A stretch of DNA of 60,844 nucleotides, the filler included. It is 8 parts of 8 records of this genome, joined end to end, with 100 filler letters (N's around TTAATTAATTAA, not from the genome) between each part and the next. Parts side by side here need not be neighbours in the genome. Positions count along the whole stretch, not along the records: positions 1 to 8,612 come from SRR31156797_15443; positions 8,713 to 18,176 come from SRR31156797_15445; 6 more parts are not named here. One strand, 5' to 3'. Below, in pieces: positions 1 through 9,094 of this stretch; the stretch's first letter is position 1, and each line of letters begins with the position of its first letter. A model generated the notes under the pieces. That model did no database searches. It was not told where the DNA came from and saw only the letters and a list, made by a program, of their open reading frames with translations. The position numbers were made by a program, and so were the translations under genes.

Positions 1-384
1 GAGGAACTGATCCACTACGGCTACGCTCCTTCCCGCAGAGAGTACGAAAGGCTGCTCGGCCTTTCGGACATCGTCTTCAGCAGCTCCCTGCAGGAGAACT
101 TCGGCATCGCAATAGTCGAGGCCATGAGCGCGGGAGCCCTTCCCCTGCTGCCCGAACGCCTGGCCTACCCCGAGGTGCTTCCTCCCTTCCTGCACGAACC
201 CTGTCTCTATGGAAAGGACTCGGAAATGGGAGGGAAGCTCAAGGCCCTGCTGGGTCGCCCGGACCTGCATATACTGCGCCAGAAAATGAGAAAGAGTGTC
301 ATCGCATACGGCTGGGAGAGTATGATTCGGAGCTTTGACGCTTATATGGAAGATGTTCAGCTGATAGGTTCGGAGAACTTGTAG
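1..384 (+). CDS. GT-B glycosyltransferase, DUF3524/GTDC1-like, C-terminal part (5' truncated)
   Basis: Frame 1 is open from base 1: EELIHYGYAPSRREYERLLGLSDIVFSSSLQENFGIAIVEAMSAGALPLLPERLAYPEVLP, containing the GT4-type E-x-F-G-x4-E motif. Confidence 0.75.
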   Translation, partial: EELIHYGYAPSRREYERLLGLSDIVFSSSLQENFGIAIVEAMSAGALPLLPERLAYPEVLPPFLHEPCLYGKDSEMGGKLKALLGRPDLHILRQKMRKSVIAYGWESMIRSFDAYMEDVQLIGSENL

Positions 385-611
385 AACTCCCTGGGCGTCT
401 CGTAGAGAAAGCCCTTGTCATCCAGGATAAGGAGATCGTGGTCCCCCTTGACCTGGAGCACAGGATAGACCCGGCCTGCGGAGACATGCTCCCTGGCCTC
501 GAGAAAGGGATCGCTCATACCGGGAAAGGAAGGGCTCTTCTCCCGGACGGCGCAGTTATCCTCAAAATCATCCCTGAGCTGGACATAAAACAGGGGCTGA
601 AACTTATCCAT
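357..611 (-). CDS. Hypothetical protein (84 aa, MDKFQPLFYVQLRDDF...)
   Basis: Part of ORF 357..737; ATG at 611 is preceded by AAAGG; protein-like composition. Confidence 0.5.
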   Translation of the reverse strand: MDKFQPLFYVQLRDDFEDNCAVREKSPSFPGMSDPFLEAREHVSAGRVYPVLQVKGDHDLLILDDKGFLYETPREFYKFSEPIS

Positions 612-847
612 ACCTTTAGTATCGACAGAATCCCGGCGGGGAACAATGAAATCTTGGCTGTATTTGATCGGAGGGACAGGCCCCTTGCAGCACTGTTCGC
701 GCCCCGGCCCGGAGAGGGTCCCAATTGTCGGGCACATTTCCGTCCTCCTACCTGCGACACGATGCAGGCGGGCACGATCCCCAGGCTTCGCCTTAGACGG
801 TCTTGCTCCTCGTTACACTGCGGTGCAATCCTATTATCGGCACGACC

Positions 848-1804
848 CTATACATAGTCTTCCAGATCACGGATGATCTTGAAATTCCTCATCTTGGCGA
901 TGGCCATTTCCTGGATCTGCCTGACCCGCTCCCGGGTGATGCCCAGAACCTTGCCCGTCTCCTCCAGGGTCAGAGGATTCTTTCCGTTCAAACCGAAGCG
1001 GAACTGGATGATCTTCATCTCCCGCTCGCTGAGCTGCTCCAGCACGTCGTTAATCGTATCCTGCAGGGAGAGATTGAACACCGCGTCCACAGGCTCCTGG
1101 TTGTGATCGTCCTTTATCAGATCGCTTAAGCGGGTCATATGATCCTGATCCACCGTGGTATCCAGAGAAGCGGTTTCCTGGGAGAGGGTCATAATCTCCT
1201 TGATCTTCTCCACGGGGAGGTTCATGTATTTCGCCATCTCCTCGGGCAGGGGATCCCGGCCCAGATCCTGGGTCAGCTGCTTGGAGACGAGGTAGCTCTT
1301 TTTGATGGTGTTCAGCATATGGATGGGGATGCGGATAATGCGGGACTTGTCGGCCAGAGACTTAATGATGGCCTGGCGGATCCACCATGTGCCGTAGGTG
1401 GAAAAGCGGCAGCCCTTGGTATAATCAAAACGGTCCACCGCCTCGATCAGCCCGATATTCCCCTCGTCGATCAGATCCAGGAGGGACATCCCGCGATGCT
1501 GATACTTCTTGGCGATGGAGACGACCAGACGCAGGTTGGACTGGATCATACGGTTCTTCAAGAGCTTCCGCCCCTCTTCGGTCGCCAGTTTCTGCTCCCT
1601 GTAGTCTTCTTCAGAGAGCCCCCCCTCTTCGAAGCTCCTCTTCAGGGCTTCCAGCTCCAGATCGGCCTGTTCCATATTGATGCCGATCTCCTGCTCCTCA
1701 CCGATCGTAAGAAGCTTGTATCTCGAAATTTGCTTCAGATAGAGGGCCAGAGGATCTGTCTCGTTGTTGATGCTGTCCCGTACATCCTCGTCGTATTTTC
1801 TCAT
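848..1804 (-). CDS. RNA polymerase sigma-70 family factor, group 2 / RpoS-like (no region 1.1)
   Basis: Region 1.2 DPLALYLKQI; region 2 NLRLVVSIAKKY..DLIDEGNIGLIEAVDRFD..RFSTYGTWWIRQ; region 4 TLEETG..TRERVRQI; likely start MRKYD at 1804. Confidence 0.9.
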   Translation of the reverse strand: MRKYDEDVRDSINNETDPLALYLKQISRYKLLTIGEEQEIGINMEQADLELEALKRSFEEGGLSEEDYREQKLATEEGRKLLKNRMIQSNLRLVVSIAKKYQHRGMSLLDLIDEGNIGLIEAVDRFDYTKGCRFSTYGTWWIRQAIIKSLADKSRIIRIPIHMLNTIKKSYLVSKQLTQDLGRDPLPEEMAKYMNLPVEKIKEIMTLSQETASLDTTVDQDHMTRLSDLIKDDHNQEPVDAVFNLSLQDTINDVLEQLSEREMKIIQFRFGLNGKNPLTLEETGKVLGITRERVRQIQEMAIAKMRNFKIIRDLEDYV

Positions 1805-1826
1805 AACACCGCCGGGTTGATATATA

Positions 1827-2678
1827 TTATCCCCGCGGCGCCGATACCACACTGACGGGGATGCCGTCCTTAAAGACGGAAAAGTACATATTTACGGTTC
1901 GGCTTGCCAGACCGGAATGACCCAATCGGCCTATCCGGGAGCCCGCCTGAACATATTCGCCCACATTTACGAAGACATCCTCATTTCCGCCGTAGAGGTA
2001 TATATACCCCTCCACATCGATCAGAATGACCTGTCCGAATCCCCTGTAGGGACCGGTCCAGACGACGCTTCCCGAAGCGATGGACCTGACAAGCGAAGCC
2101 TCGGCCGCCTCGATCATAATGCCTCGGAGCTTACCGGTCAGGGTTTTCTTGGAACCCTCCACAGGCCATACGTCCTGGCCGGAAAAATTCACCGGCCGCC
2201 CTGAGGGAAGTTCCTCGGGTTTTTCCGTTTCGGTCCGGGCCGTAACGCTCGTCCCGCTACCTCCCGTCGGCGCATCCGAAGGAGACGCGGAAACGATAAG
2301 GCTCTCGCCGGGTCTCAGAATCCTGTTCCCGCTGAAATCATTGAGCCTCATCAGCTCCTGAACGCTCAGGCCATGGTTTCTCGCGATGCGGTAAAAGGTG
2401 TCTCCCTTCTGTACAATATACCGACTGTATGCAAAATTGTCAGGCTCTTTTTCCGAATTTGTCCCCGGAATGACCAGACGACTGCCTATGGAAAGATTTT
2501 CAGGGCTGGAAATCCCATTGGCCGACATGATGGCATCCACGGACACACCGTACTTCCTGGACAGGCTGTAGAGGGTTTCCCCCCCCTGCAGAGTATGATT
2601 GAGAGGCTGCGCCGCCAGCCCTGAAAGAATGAGCACTGACAGCGCCGTAACCAGAATGGAAAATCTTGAGTTGTACAT
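1827..2678 (-). CDS. LysM x2 + M23-like domain protein (NlpD-like)
   Basis: Signal peptide; two LysM repeats (HTLQGGETLYSLSRKYGVSV, YIVQKGDTFYRIARNHGLSV); C-terminal M23 fold lacking the Zn ligands. Confidence 0.85.
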   Translation of the reverse strand: MYNSRFSILVTALSVLILSGLAAQPLNHTLQGGETLYSLSRKYGVSVDAIMSANGISSPENLSIGSRLVIPGTNSEKEPDNFAYSRYIVQKGDTFYRIARNHGLSVQELMRLNDFSGNRILRPGESLIVSASPSDAPTGGSGTSVTARTETEKPEELPSGRPVNFSGQDVWPVEGSKKTLTGKLRGIMIEAAEASLVRSIASGSVVWTGPYRGFGQVILIDVEGYIYLYGGNEDVFVNVGEYVQAGSRIGRLGHSGLASRTVNMYFSVFKDGIPVSVVSAPRG

Positions 2679-2844
2679 ATATTGAAGGTCGGCGAAATAC
2701 GAAGGGAACTGAATATGCTCTCAGTCCTTTTTTGGAAAATTCCCCGCCGGGGGGGCGGAGGAGCGCAGATCGGGACGTATCGGTCATAGGGTCTCACCGA
2801 ACGCAGGAACCGACCGGCGGGGTTCCGCTTCGCGGCCCCGGGGA

Positions 2845-3129
2845 TCACTTCTGCAGAACGGACAATCCCCGGTGACCGAGCCTCCAGACCGAAACGTCTC
2901 CCTTCTCCCCAGCTCTGCCTGAAGCCGATTCGCAACCGGAACAGCCCTTTCCGCAAACGGCGCTGTCCTTCATCCCCCCGCCGTCAGCGTTTCTGGCAAT
3001 GTATCCCCCTTCCTCAAGCAGAAGGAGCATGCTGACCACAACATCCTTCCTCAGCCCCAGGCGGATCGCCAGCATATCCGTTGAAAAGAGCTCCCCGTTC
3101 TCCAGCAGGGTCAGTACCTCAAGCAGCAT
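2845..3129 (-). CDS. feoC: FeoC-like winged-helix protein
   Basis: Directly downstream of feoB; wHTH-like N-terminus and CGKGCSGC cluster. Confidence 0.7.
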   Translation of the reverse strand: MLLEVLTLLENGELFSTDMLAIRLGLRKDVVVSMLLLLEEGGYIARNADGGGMKDSAVCGKGCSGCESASGRAGEKGDVSVWRLGHRGLSVLQK

Positions 3130-3141
3130 GTCTCCCCATCC

Positions 3142-5028
3142 TCAGGCAAAGATCAGCAGACCTATCCTGTAGGCCAGCATTCCGAAGAACAGGGAGCTGA
3201 CCGTATAGTACAGACAGGAGCCCAGGGTCCAGCGCCAGGATTTGGTTTCCGAATAGACCGCGCCGACCGTACCGATACAGGGGATGGAGAAAAAGAAGGC
3301 GAAGATGAAAGCGAGGGCTCCCGCCGGGCTGACAGACTGACTCAGGGCCCCGGTCAAGGCCGCCATATCGAAGATCTCCGAGGAGCCCATCAGTTCGGTC
3401 AAACTCCCGACGCCCTGTCCGACGCCGAACAGCACGGCCAGGGCCGCCAGGGTTCCCTCCTTGGAAGCCACCGCGGCGACCAGGGCGATCAGCAGCCGCC
3501 AGTCCAGACCCATCCAGGAGGAGACGGGATCGAAAAACTTTCCGATGGTAGCCAGAATGCTGAGCTCGATATTCCCGTCTGCCCTGTAGGAGAGCAGCCA
3601 GATGACAACCGATACCAGAGCGATCAGGGTAACGCCCCTCTTCACAAAGGCCATGGAATTCCTCCAGACATAGGCCCCCACGGTCTTCCAGTGGGGCACG
3701 TGATAGGGCGGCAATTCCATGATAAGCCCTGTGGTTTCGCCCTTGACCAGGGTCTTGCGCATCAGAAGGGAAGTAAGGCTCAGATGGAGCACCATGGTCA
3801 TGAGGAGCGCCAGTACAAGATAGGGCATATACTTTCCGAAAAAGATGACGCCCACGAAACTGGAGACACCCCAGACCGCACCGCAGGGTATGATGGAAGT
3901 CATAACCAGTGTGACGATTCTCTGTCTTCTCGAATCGATGACGCGGGTTCCCATAACCCCGCCGATATTACAGCCGAAACTCATCAGAAGGGGCATAAAG
4001 GATTTGCCGTGAAGTCCCAGCCGATTCATGGTCCTGTCGAAAAGCACGCTGAGCCTTGCCAGATAGCCGATATCCTCCAGAAGGCCGAACACGAAAAACA
4101 GCCCGATTATATAGGCCAGCATAGTCAGGGCCGTGCCCACGCCGGGAACAAGGGCGTCAGCTGCCATGGATGCCAAAAAGGGAGAGACCGGCTCCAGGGC
4201 CGAACGCAGGGCTCCGGATAGAAGAGGAAGATTCCCGAAGATAAGCTTCATAGCCGGGAAGGCGGGAACCATGGAAAGGGCGAAGGAAAGCAGGATGACC
4301 ACCAGGGCGATGAGCTTACCCCAGAAAGGGTGGATGGCGGCCCTGTCGAAGGAGGTCCTGAATCCCGTTTTTTTCTCCTCTCCGCTACCGGAGGCCAGCT
4401 CATCGAGGACCGAGGAGATCCAGGCGTACCGCTTGCCCGCCCTGTTCAGAAAGTCCATCTCCTCGTCTACAGATCTTACCGACTGCTCCGCGCTGCGGCG
4501 CTCCTGATCCACCGCCTGTTCAAGCACCTGGGGAATCCGGGCTTTCAGCTCACCAAGCCCCCTCCCTTTCTTGGCGGCAAGGGGAACCACGGGGATACCC
4601 AGAGCCTTTTCCAGCAGCAGGGAATCCACTTTGTCACCGCTGCGCTCGGCCACATCCATCATATTGAGGGCTACGATAAGGGGATGGCCTAGCTCTTTCA
4701 GCTCTGCCACAGTGTAGAGCGTCCTCTCCAGCTGGGAAGCGTCCACAACGGCGATCACCAGATCGGGGTCGCCTTCGCTCAGGTAGTCCCGGGCCACCTC
4801 TTCCTCATCAGAGCCGCAGCTCATGGTATAAATACCCGGCAGATCCACCAGATCGGCATGGCGATCATTCAGAAGAACATGTCCGATTTTCTGCTCCACC
4901 GTTTTCCCCGGCCAGTTGCCCACATGCTGCTGCAATCCGGTCAGGGCATTGAAGATGGTGGATTTCCCTGTATTGGGCTGTCCGAACAGGGCGATGTTCA
5001 GAGTCTTCGTTTCAACGGCGCCGCTCAC
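3142..5028 (-). CDS. feoB: Ferrous iron transporter B
   Basis: G1 GQPNTGKS, G2 VGNWPGKT, G3 DLPG, G4 NMMD; gate motifs FGCN, MELPPY, PC. Confidence 0.95.
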   Translation of the reverse strand: MSGAVETKTLNIALFGQPNTGKSTIFNALTGLQQHVGNWPGKTVEQKIGHVLLNDRHADLVDLPGIYTMSCGSDEEEVARDYLSEGDPDLVIAVVDASQLERTLYTVAELKELGHPLIVALNMMDVAERSGDKVDSLLLEKALGIPVVPLAAKKGRGLGELKARIPQVLEQAVDQERRSAEQSVRSVDEEMDFLNRAGKRYAWISSVLDELASGSGEEKKTGFRTSFDRAAIHPFWGKLIALVVILLSFALSMVPAFPAMKLIFGNLPLLSGALRSALEPVSPFLASMAADALVPGVGTALTMLAYIIGLFFVFGLLEDIGYLARLSVLFDRTMNRLGLHGKSFMPLLMSFGCNIGGVMGTRVIDSRRQRIVTLVMTSIIPCGAVWGVSSFVGVIFFGKYMPYLVLALLMTMVLHLSLTSLLMRKTLVKGETTGLIMELPPYHVPHWKTVGAYVWRNSMAFVKRGVTLIALVSVVIWLLSYRADGNIELSILATIGKFFDPVSSWMGLDWRLLIALVAAVASKEGTLAALAVLFGVGQGVGSLTELMGSSEIFDMAALTGALSQSVSPAGALAFIFAFFFSIPCIGTVGAVYSETKSWRWTLGSCLYYTVSSLFFGMLAYRIGLLIFA

Positions 5029-5246
5029 TGTTCCTCTCCTTCAATCATTATCCCTTCGGCGGCGCGTCTTCCCAGTGCCACCTCGGTCTGTCTCAGGTAA
5101 ACGATGACCGGGCCCTTTCCGCTGTTCCGAATCATCCTGAGTTTCGCACCGGGGGTAAAACCCATGGCTGCGATCCGTTCCATTCCCCGGCCCTCCAGGG
5201 AAGATACCCTTGCGGAACGATTCTTTTTCAGTTCCAGTAATCCCAT
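5025..5246 (-). CDS. feoA: Ferrous iron transport protein A
   Basis: 73 aa SH3-like; RIAAMGFTPG, GPVIV, VALGR; overlaps feoB start; AGGAGG RBS. Confidence 0.9.
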   Translation of the reverse strand: MGLLELKKNRSARVSSLEGRGMERIAAMGFTPGAKLRMIRNSGKGPVIVYLRQTEVALGRRAAEGIMIEGEEQ

Positions 5247-5258
5247 TTCTATTCCTCC

Positions 5259-6632
5259 TTAATTCGTTTTTACCAAAGTTATGCCTATCCCTCTTTCCTT
5301 TGATCCCCGGAGGACCTTCAGTTCCCTTAGCACCAGAAAGAAAGAAAGAATCACGACCAGAAGGTCAGCACCGGGGTAGGACAGCCATAGGCCCGTCTCT
5401 CCCCAGAAACGGGGAAGGGAGTAAGCCAGGGGAATAAAAAAGAAGAGCTGCCTTCCCAGTGTCAGCAGGGCCGATTCCCTCCCCTTGCCCAGGGCTGTGA
5501 AGAGCATGATGGACACGCTGAACATTCCGTAAAGGACAAAGCTGCTCTGAAAGATTCTGAAGGCGCCTGTCCCTTCGGCCACCATAAGGGGATCGTTGAT
5601 AAACCAGGAGAGGATGAAGGACGCTCCCAGCTGAAAGAAGACCCACAGAGAGAGTGAAATACAGCTCGCGATCCGCCCGTAGTAGAAATAGGTCTCCATC
5701 ACGCGCTGTATCCTTCCGGCCCCATAGTTCGCTCCGATAACGGGCTGCATGCCATAGGAGATGCCGAACAGGGGAATGTAGAAAAAACACATAACCCGGA
5801 ACGAGGTGCTCATGATTATCCCGCTTGAACTCCCATAGGAAGAACTCAGGCTCAGCAGGATGGAAAGCTGTAGGAAAATCGCCAGGGACTGCACCATGCC
5901 GGCGAAACCAGTCTTCATGATCTCAGGCAACAGGGAAGCCCTGAGCGCAAAGCTCTGTCTTCCGAGCTTGATAACGCTTTTAGGAGAGAGGAAGAAGTAT
6001 ATATTCCCCGCCAGGATACTGAACTGCCCCAGGATGGTAGCTCCGGCGGCACCGGCCATCCCCCAGCCCAGGACCTTGATGAAAATGGGATCCAGGATGA
6101 TATTCAGAATGGTGCCCAGAGCCACTATACCCATGGCCTCCCGCATCTTTCCCTCTCCCCGGACCAGGAAGTTCAGGGCCGGTCCCAGGGCGGCGAACAG
6201 AAAGCCCGGCGCCAGGACACGCAGGTACTCGATTCCCAGTTCCAGCGTTCTGCCTTCCGCTCCCAGAAAGCCGAGGATTTCGGCCGCGTAGACATAACTG
6301 GCCAGTCCGAGGAGACAGGACATAAGGGCCACGGGCCACAGTACGCAGCCGAACAGGCTGTTCATTGTATCCTCGTCTTTTCTTCCCATAGCCCTGGAAA
6401 ACAGCGAGCCGGCCCCCGTGGCGAAGAGACTCAGAAGCCCCTGGTTCACCAGGACCAGGGAATAGCCCATTGTGACCGCCGTAACGGCCTCCGGTCCGAT
6501 AAACTGGCCCACAAAGATGCTGTCCACAAGATTGTAGAGACCGATAACAAGCATACCGATCATCCCGGGCAGGGCAGTCTTTAAAAATAATTTCTTGATT
6601 GGTGAGTTTAAAAGTTCTTCTCTATCCATCAT
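5259..6632 (-). CDS. MATE family efflux transporter (MepA-like)
   Basis: LYNLVDSIFVG, NIILDPIFI, GAAGAT, QPVIGANYGAG motifs; about 12 TM segments. Confidence 0.9.
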   Translation of the reverse strand: MMDREELLNSPIKKLFLKTALPGMIGMLVIGLYNLVDSIFVGQFIGPEAVTAVTMGYSLVLVNQGLLSLFATGAGSLFSRAMGRKDEDTMNSLFGCVLWPVALMSCLLGLASYVYAAEILGFLGAEGRTLELGIEYLRVLAPGFLFAALGPALNFLVRGEGKMREAMGIVALGTILNIILDPIFIKVLGWGMAGAAGATILGQFSILAGNIYFFLSPKSVIKLGRQSFALRASLLPEIMKTGFAGMVQSLAIFLQLSILLSLSSSYGSSSGIIMSTSFRVMCFFYIPLFGISYGMQPVIGANYGAGRIQRVMETYFYYGRIASCISLSLWVFFQLGASFILSWFINDPLMVAEGTGAFRIFQSSFVLYGMFSVSIMLFTALGKGRESALLTLGRQLFFFIPLAYSLPRFWGETGLWLSYPGADLLVVILSFFLVLRELKVLRGSKERGIGITLVKTN

Positions 6633-6681
6633 TGAGCTCCCGTATTTTATGACCACAAATTAACAGGAGTTAACTCAAATA

Positions 6682-6712
6682 AATACTGAAAACGGGATTA
6701 ATAATGCTGAAA
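6682..6712 (-). promoter_or_regulatory. Candidate AraC-family operator: 10-bp direct repeat with 21-bp period
   Basis: AATACTGAAA (6682-6691) and AATGCTGAAA (6703-6712), between the AraC gene end and the MATE start. Confidence 0.45.
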
Positions 6713-6726
6713 CTGAAATTTCCAGC

Positions 6727-7749
6727 TTAATGGAAGCGGGAATTCTTCAGATAATCCCGGGGAGTTTGTCCGTAATACCTTCGGAAATCGCTGCTGAAAT
6801 GGCCTATATTCTGATAGCCGATCATCAAAGCCGTCTCTGAAATATTCAAAGTGCCTGAGCTGAGTAGCTGGAGAGATTTTCTCATCCTGAGCTCTTTCCG
6901 ATAGGCATTGATACTGGAACCGAACTGACGCCTGAAGCCCTGAGTCAGCTTATGGCTGTTGAGGCCGACCATCTCCGAGAGGCCGGCGATGGTGATATTC
7001 CGATCCAGATTCTCCTCGATCAGACGGGCGGCATCCTCAAGGGCCCTCATATCCGAAGCAGACGGACAAGAACGGCCCCCCTTTTCTGACTCAGAAAAGT
7101 AATAACGCAGAACGGCCGCAAGTATTTCCATGCTTTTCGCTTCAAAGAAGAAATGACTCCCCATATCGCTGTAGGGGTAATCCAAAATCTCTTCAAAGGG
7201 CTTTCTTATCTCAAGAGGAGCCTGTCTGGGAGAGTAGAGGAAGTTTTTCTTTTCCTCATCAATATCGGAGAGTCGCAGGGCTCCGCCATCATCAGGCAGA
7301 GAGTCAATAAAATCCTGGTGAAAATAGAAACAGACGAACTCCTGGATCATATCGGCACGGTAGCACATTCGCCCCTTGTAGTTTTTGAGATTTATTGTCA
7401 TATCCCCGTCGCTGTAATCATGGGAACGGTCATCCGTCTCAGATCTGACCGTCAGATAGCCGCTACGGCAGTAGCAGACCTCAAAACGAGGCACTGAAAG
7501 ATTAAAATCCAGATGAAGGGGCTCGGACAGTCTCATCCGGATTCGCCATATCTCCAGAGAGTTTCGGGCTCGTATCCTTTGGAAACGTCCTTCTCCCTGC
7601 TCCTCGGGCACGATTAGACAATCGCCTTCAATGCCTTGCCCACGGTATTCCGCCGGAGCCTTGCTGCCGATTTCCCTTGACAGGAAACTAAGATAATCCA
7701 TGGTTCTGTCTTCATACCGACCAGTTAACGATACGCTGCTATTACCCAT
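6727..7749 (-). CDS. AraC family transcriptional regulator (PchR/YbtA-like)
   Basis: C-terminal double HTH: ITIAGLSEMVGLNSHKL..FRRQFG..NISETALMIGYQNIGHFSSDFRRYYGQTP. Confidence 0.9.
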   Translation of the reverse strand: MGNSSVSLTGRYEDRTMDYLSFLSREIGSKAPAEYRGQGIEGDCLIVPEEQGEGRFQRIRARNSLEIWRIRMRLSEPLHLDFNLSVPRFEVCYCRSGYLTVRSETDDRSHDYSDGDMTINLKNYKGRMCYRADMIQEFVCFYFHQDFIDSLPDDGGALRLSDIDEEKKNFLYSPRQAPLEIRKPFEEILDYPYSDMGSHFFFEAKSMEILAAVLRYYFSESEKGGRSCPSASDMRALEDAARLIEENLDRNITIAGLSEMVGLNSHKLTQGFRRQFGSSINAYRKELRMRKSLQLLSSGTLNISETALMIGYQNIGHFSSDFRRYYGQTPRDYLKNSRFH

Positions 7750-7855
7750 ATAAAACTATATTATACTATGCTAATTCAGTAATTGGGCAAGCCCCTTCCA
7801 GAGAATACCATGCGTGGGAAGGGTGTGTTCTAACGGGACTGATGGCAAAACAGGA

Positions 7856-8611
7856 TCAGATATAGATCTCATTGGGATAGCCGCTGTTACACATATTCAG
7901 AATTCTCTCTCTGAAAGCGGCCTTTTCCTCATCAGGCATATTGAGATCCCGCGCCTGCCTGGGACAGTCCTTGACGCATCTCATGCAGGCTATACACAGG
8001 TCGCCATCCGTCTCCCTGCAGCTGTCCTTGGGGATAGCGCCTGTGGGACACCAATGGGCGCATAGTCCGCACTCGATGCAGTCGGCATTTCCCACGGGAT
8101 AAGACGTCGTACCGCCGAACGCCTTGTAGGGCCTGTTCCCCTTCACGTCCACAGACGAGAGAATCCCTGATTTTATCTTCTTCTTCAGCTGTTGGCCCAA
8201 TGCGATTGCTTGCTTAAGGTCATCATGATCCGGCCTGCCTGCGGCGACCTGTGCATTGAAGCTGTGCTCCCCCGTAAAGGCGGCTGAGGCGATGACCCTG
8301 AACCCCTGTTCCTCACAGAGATCGTTTAGCTCCAGAAGGGCGTCGTCGTACTCCCTGTTTCCATAAACCACGACTGTCAGGACAGGAGTCTCCGATGCTT
8401 CGATAGCCTTGAATCTCTGTGCTGCCAGGGCGGGAATGCGGCCGCCGTACACAGGCATGGCCACGACAGCGACATCTGAGGGACCGGGTGCGAGGTAAAG
8501 CTGCTCCCTCAGGCAGAGGTCCTGCTCCCTGCTTTTGCTGCCGAATCCCTCGGCAACGGCCCGTGCAATCTTCTTGCCGCCATGGGTGGGGCTGAAATGG
8601 ATGATAGTCAT
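7856..8611 (-). CDS. Flavodoxin-fold + 2[4Fe-4S] ferredoxin protein (EFR1-like), possibly 5' truncated
   Basis: FSPTHGG, PVYGGRIP, VYGNREYDDAL; CIECGLCAHWCP and CIACMRCVKDCP; abuts the contig end. Confidence 0.85.
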   Translation of the reverse strand: MTIIHFSPTHGGKKIARAVAEGFGSKSREQDLCLREQLYLAPGPSDVAVVAMPVYGGRIPALAAQRFKAIEASETPVLTVVVYGNREYDDALLELNDLCEEQGFRVIASAAFTGEHSFNAQVAAGRPDHDDLKQAIALGQQLKKKIKSGILSSVDVKGNRPYKAFGGTTSYPVGNADCIECGLCAHWCPTGAIPKDSCRETDGDLCIACMRCVKDCPRQARDLNMPDEEKAAFRERILNMCNSGYPNEIYI

Positions 8612-8612
8612 A

Positions 8613-8712
8613 NNNNNNNNNNNNNNNNNNNNNNNNNNNNNNNNNNNNNNNNNNNNTTAATTAATTAANNNNNNNNNNNNNNNNNNNNNNNNNNNNNNNN
8701 NNNNNNNNNNNN
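8613..8712. other. Artificial contig spacer (N-run, TTAATTAATTAA, N-run)
   Basis: Identical 100-nt spacers recur at 18177, 27707, 33888, 40183, 48018 and 53967; the 12-mer has stops in all six frames. Confidence 0.99.
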
Positions 8713-8833
8713 TAGACTTTTTAATGCATATTCCGGGTTTAATGGTTGGAATTATAAAAACCTTTTATGAAGATTCTATCAGATTCATTACTTTCACCAA
8801 TTAATTAGAAACAAGTTAAGGTAAACTCAGAGC

Positions 8834-9082
8834 ATGCAAAACGAACATTCTATTACAATTTGTTTAGGGAGCTCTTGTTTTTCAAGAGGAAATAAGGAAA
8901 TTTTATCGATTGTAAAGAAATTTATTGCTGAACATGATCTCGAAGAAGAAGTGTTTTTCAGAGGGGAACTTTGTACCGGTAATTGTGAGAAAGGACCAGT
9001 CTTAAAAATAGATGAAAAATTATATGGCAATGTTGATCCTGATAAAGTATATGGAATTTTAGGAGAGTACTTTAATCTATAA
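8834..9082 (+). CDS. Thioredoxin-like [2Fe-2S] ferredoxin (HfsA-like)
   Basis: ICLGSSC..LCTGNCEKGP motif; first gene of the hydrogenase-sensor operon. Confidence 0.85.
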   Translation: MQNEHSITICLGSSCFSRGNKEILSIVKKFIAEHDLEEEVFFRGELCTGNCEKGPVLKIDEKLYGNVDPDKVYGILGEYFNL

Positions 9083-9094
9083 TAAGATGATATT

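Noticed and set aside
1139-1855. Long antisense ORFs (e.g. 1139..1855 +, 19712..20482 +, 45167..45919 -, 27831..28379 -)
   Set aside because: Shadows of well-supported genes on the opposite strand, with no recognisable motifs.
2733-2830. CCCCGCCGG / CCGGCGGGG inverted repeat between feoC and the LysM gene
   Set aside because: Only 9 bp in GC-rich DNA; may be part of a terminator but is not enough to call an element.
8657-8668. Recurrent TTAATTAATTAA palindrome as a biological repeat or CRISPR-like array
   Set aside because: Always embedded in N-runs at contig joins; it is a synthetic all-frame stop linker.
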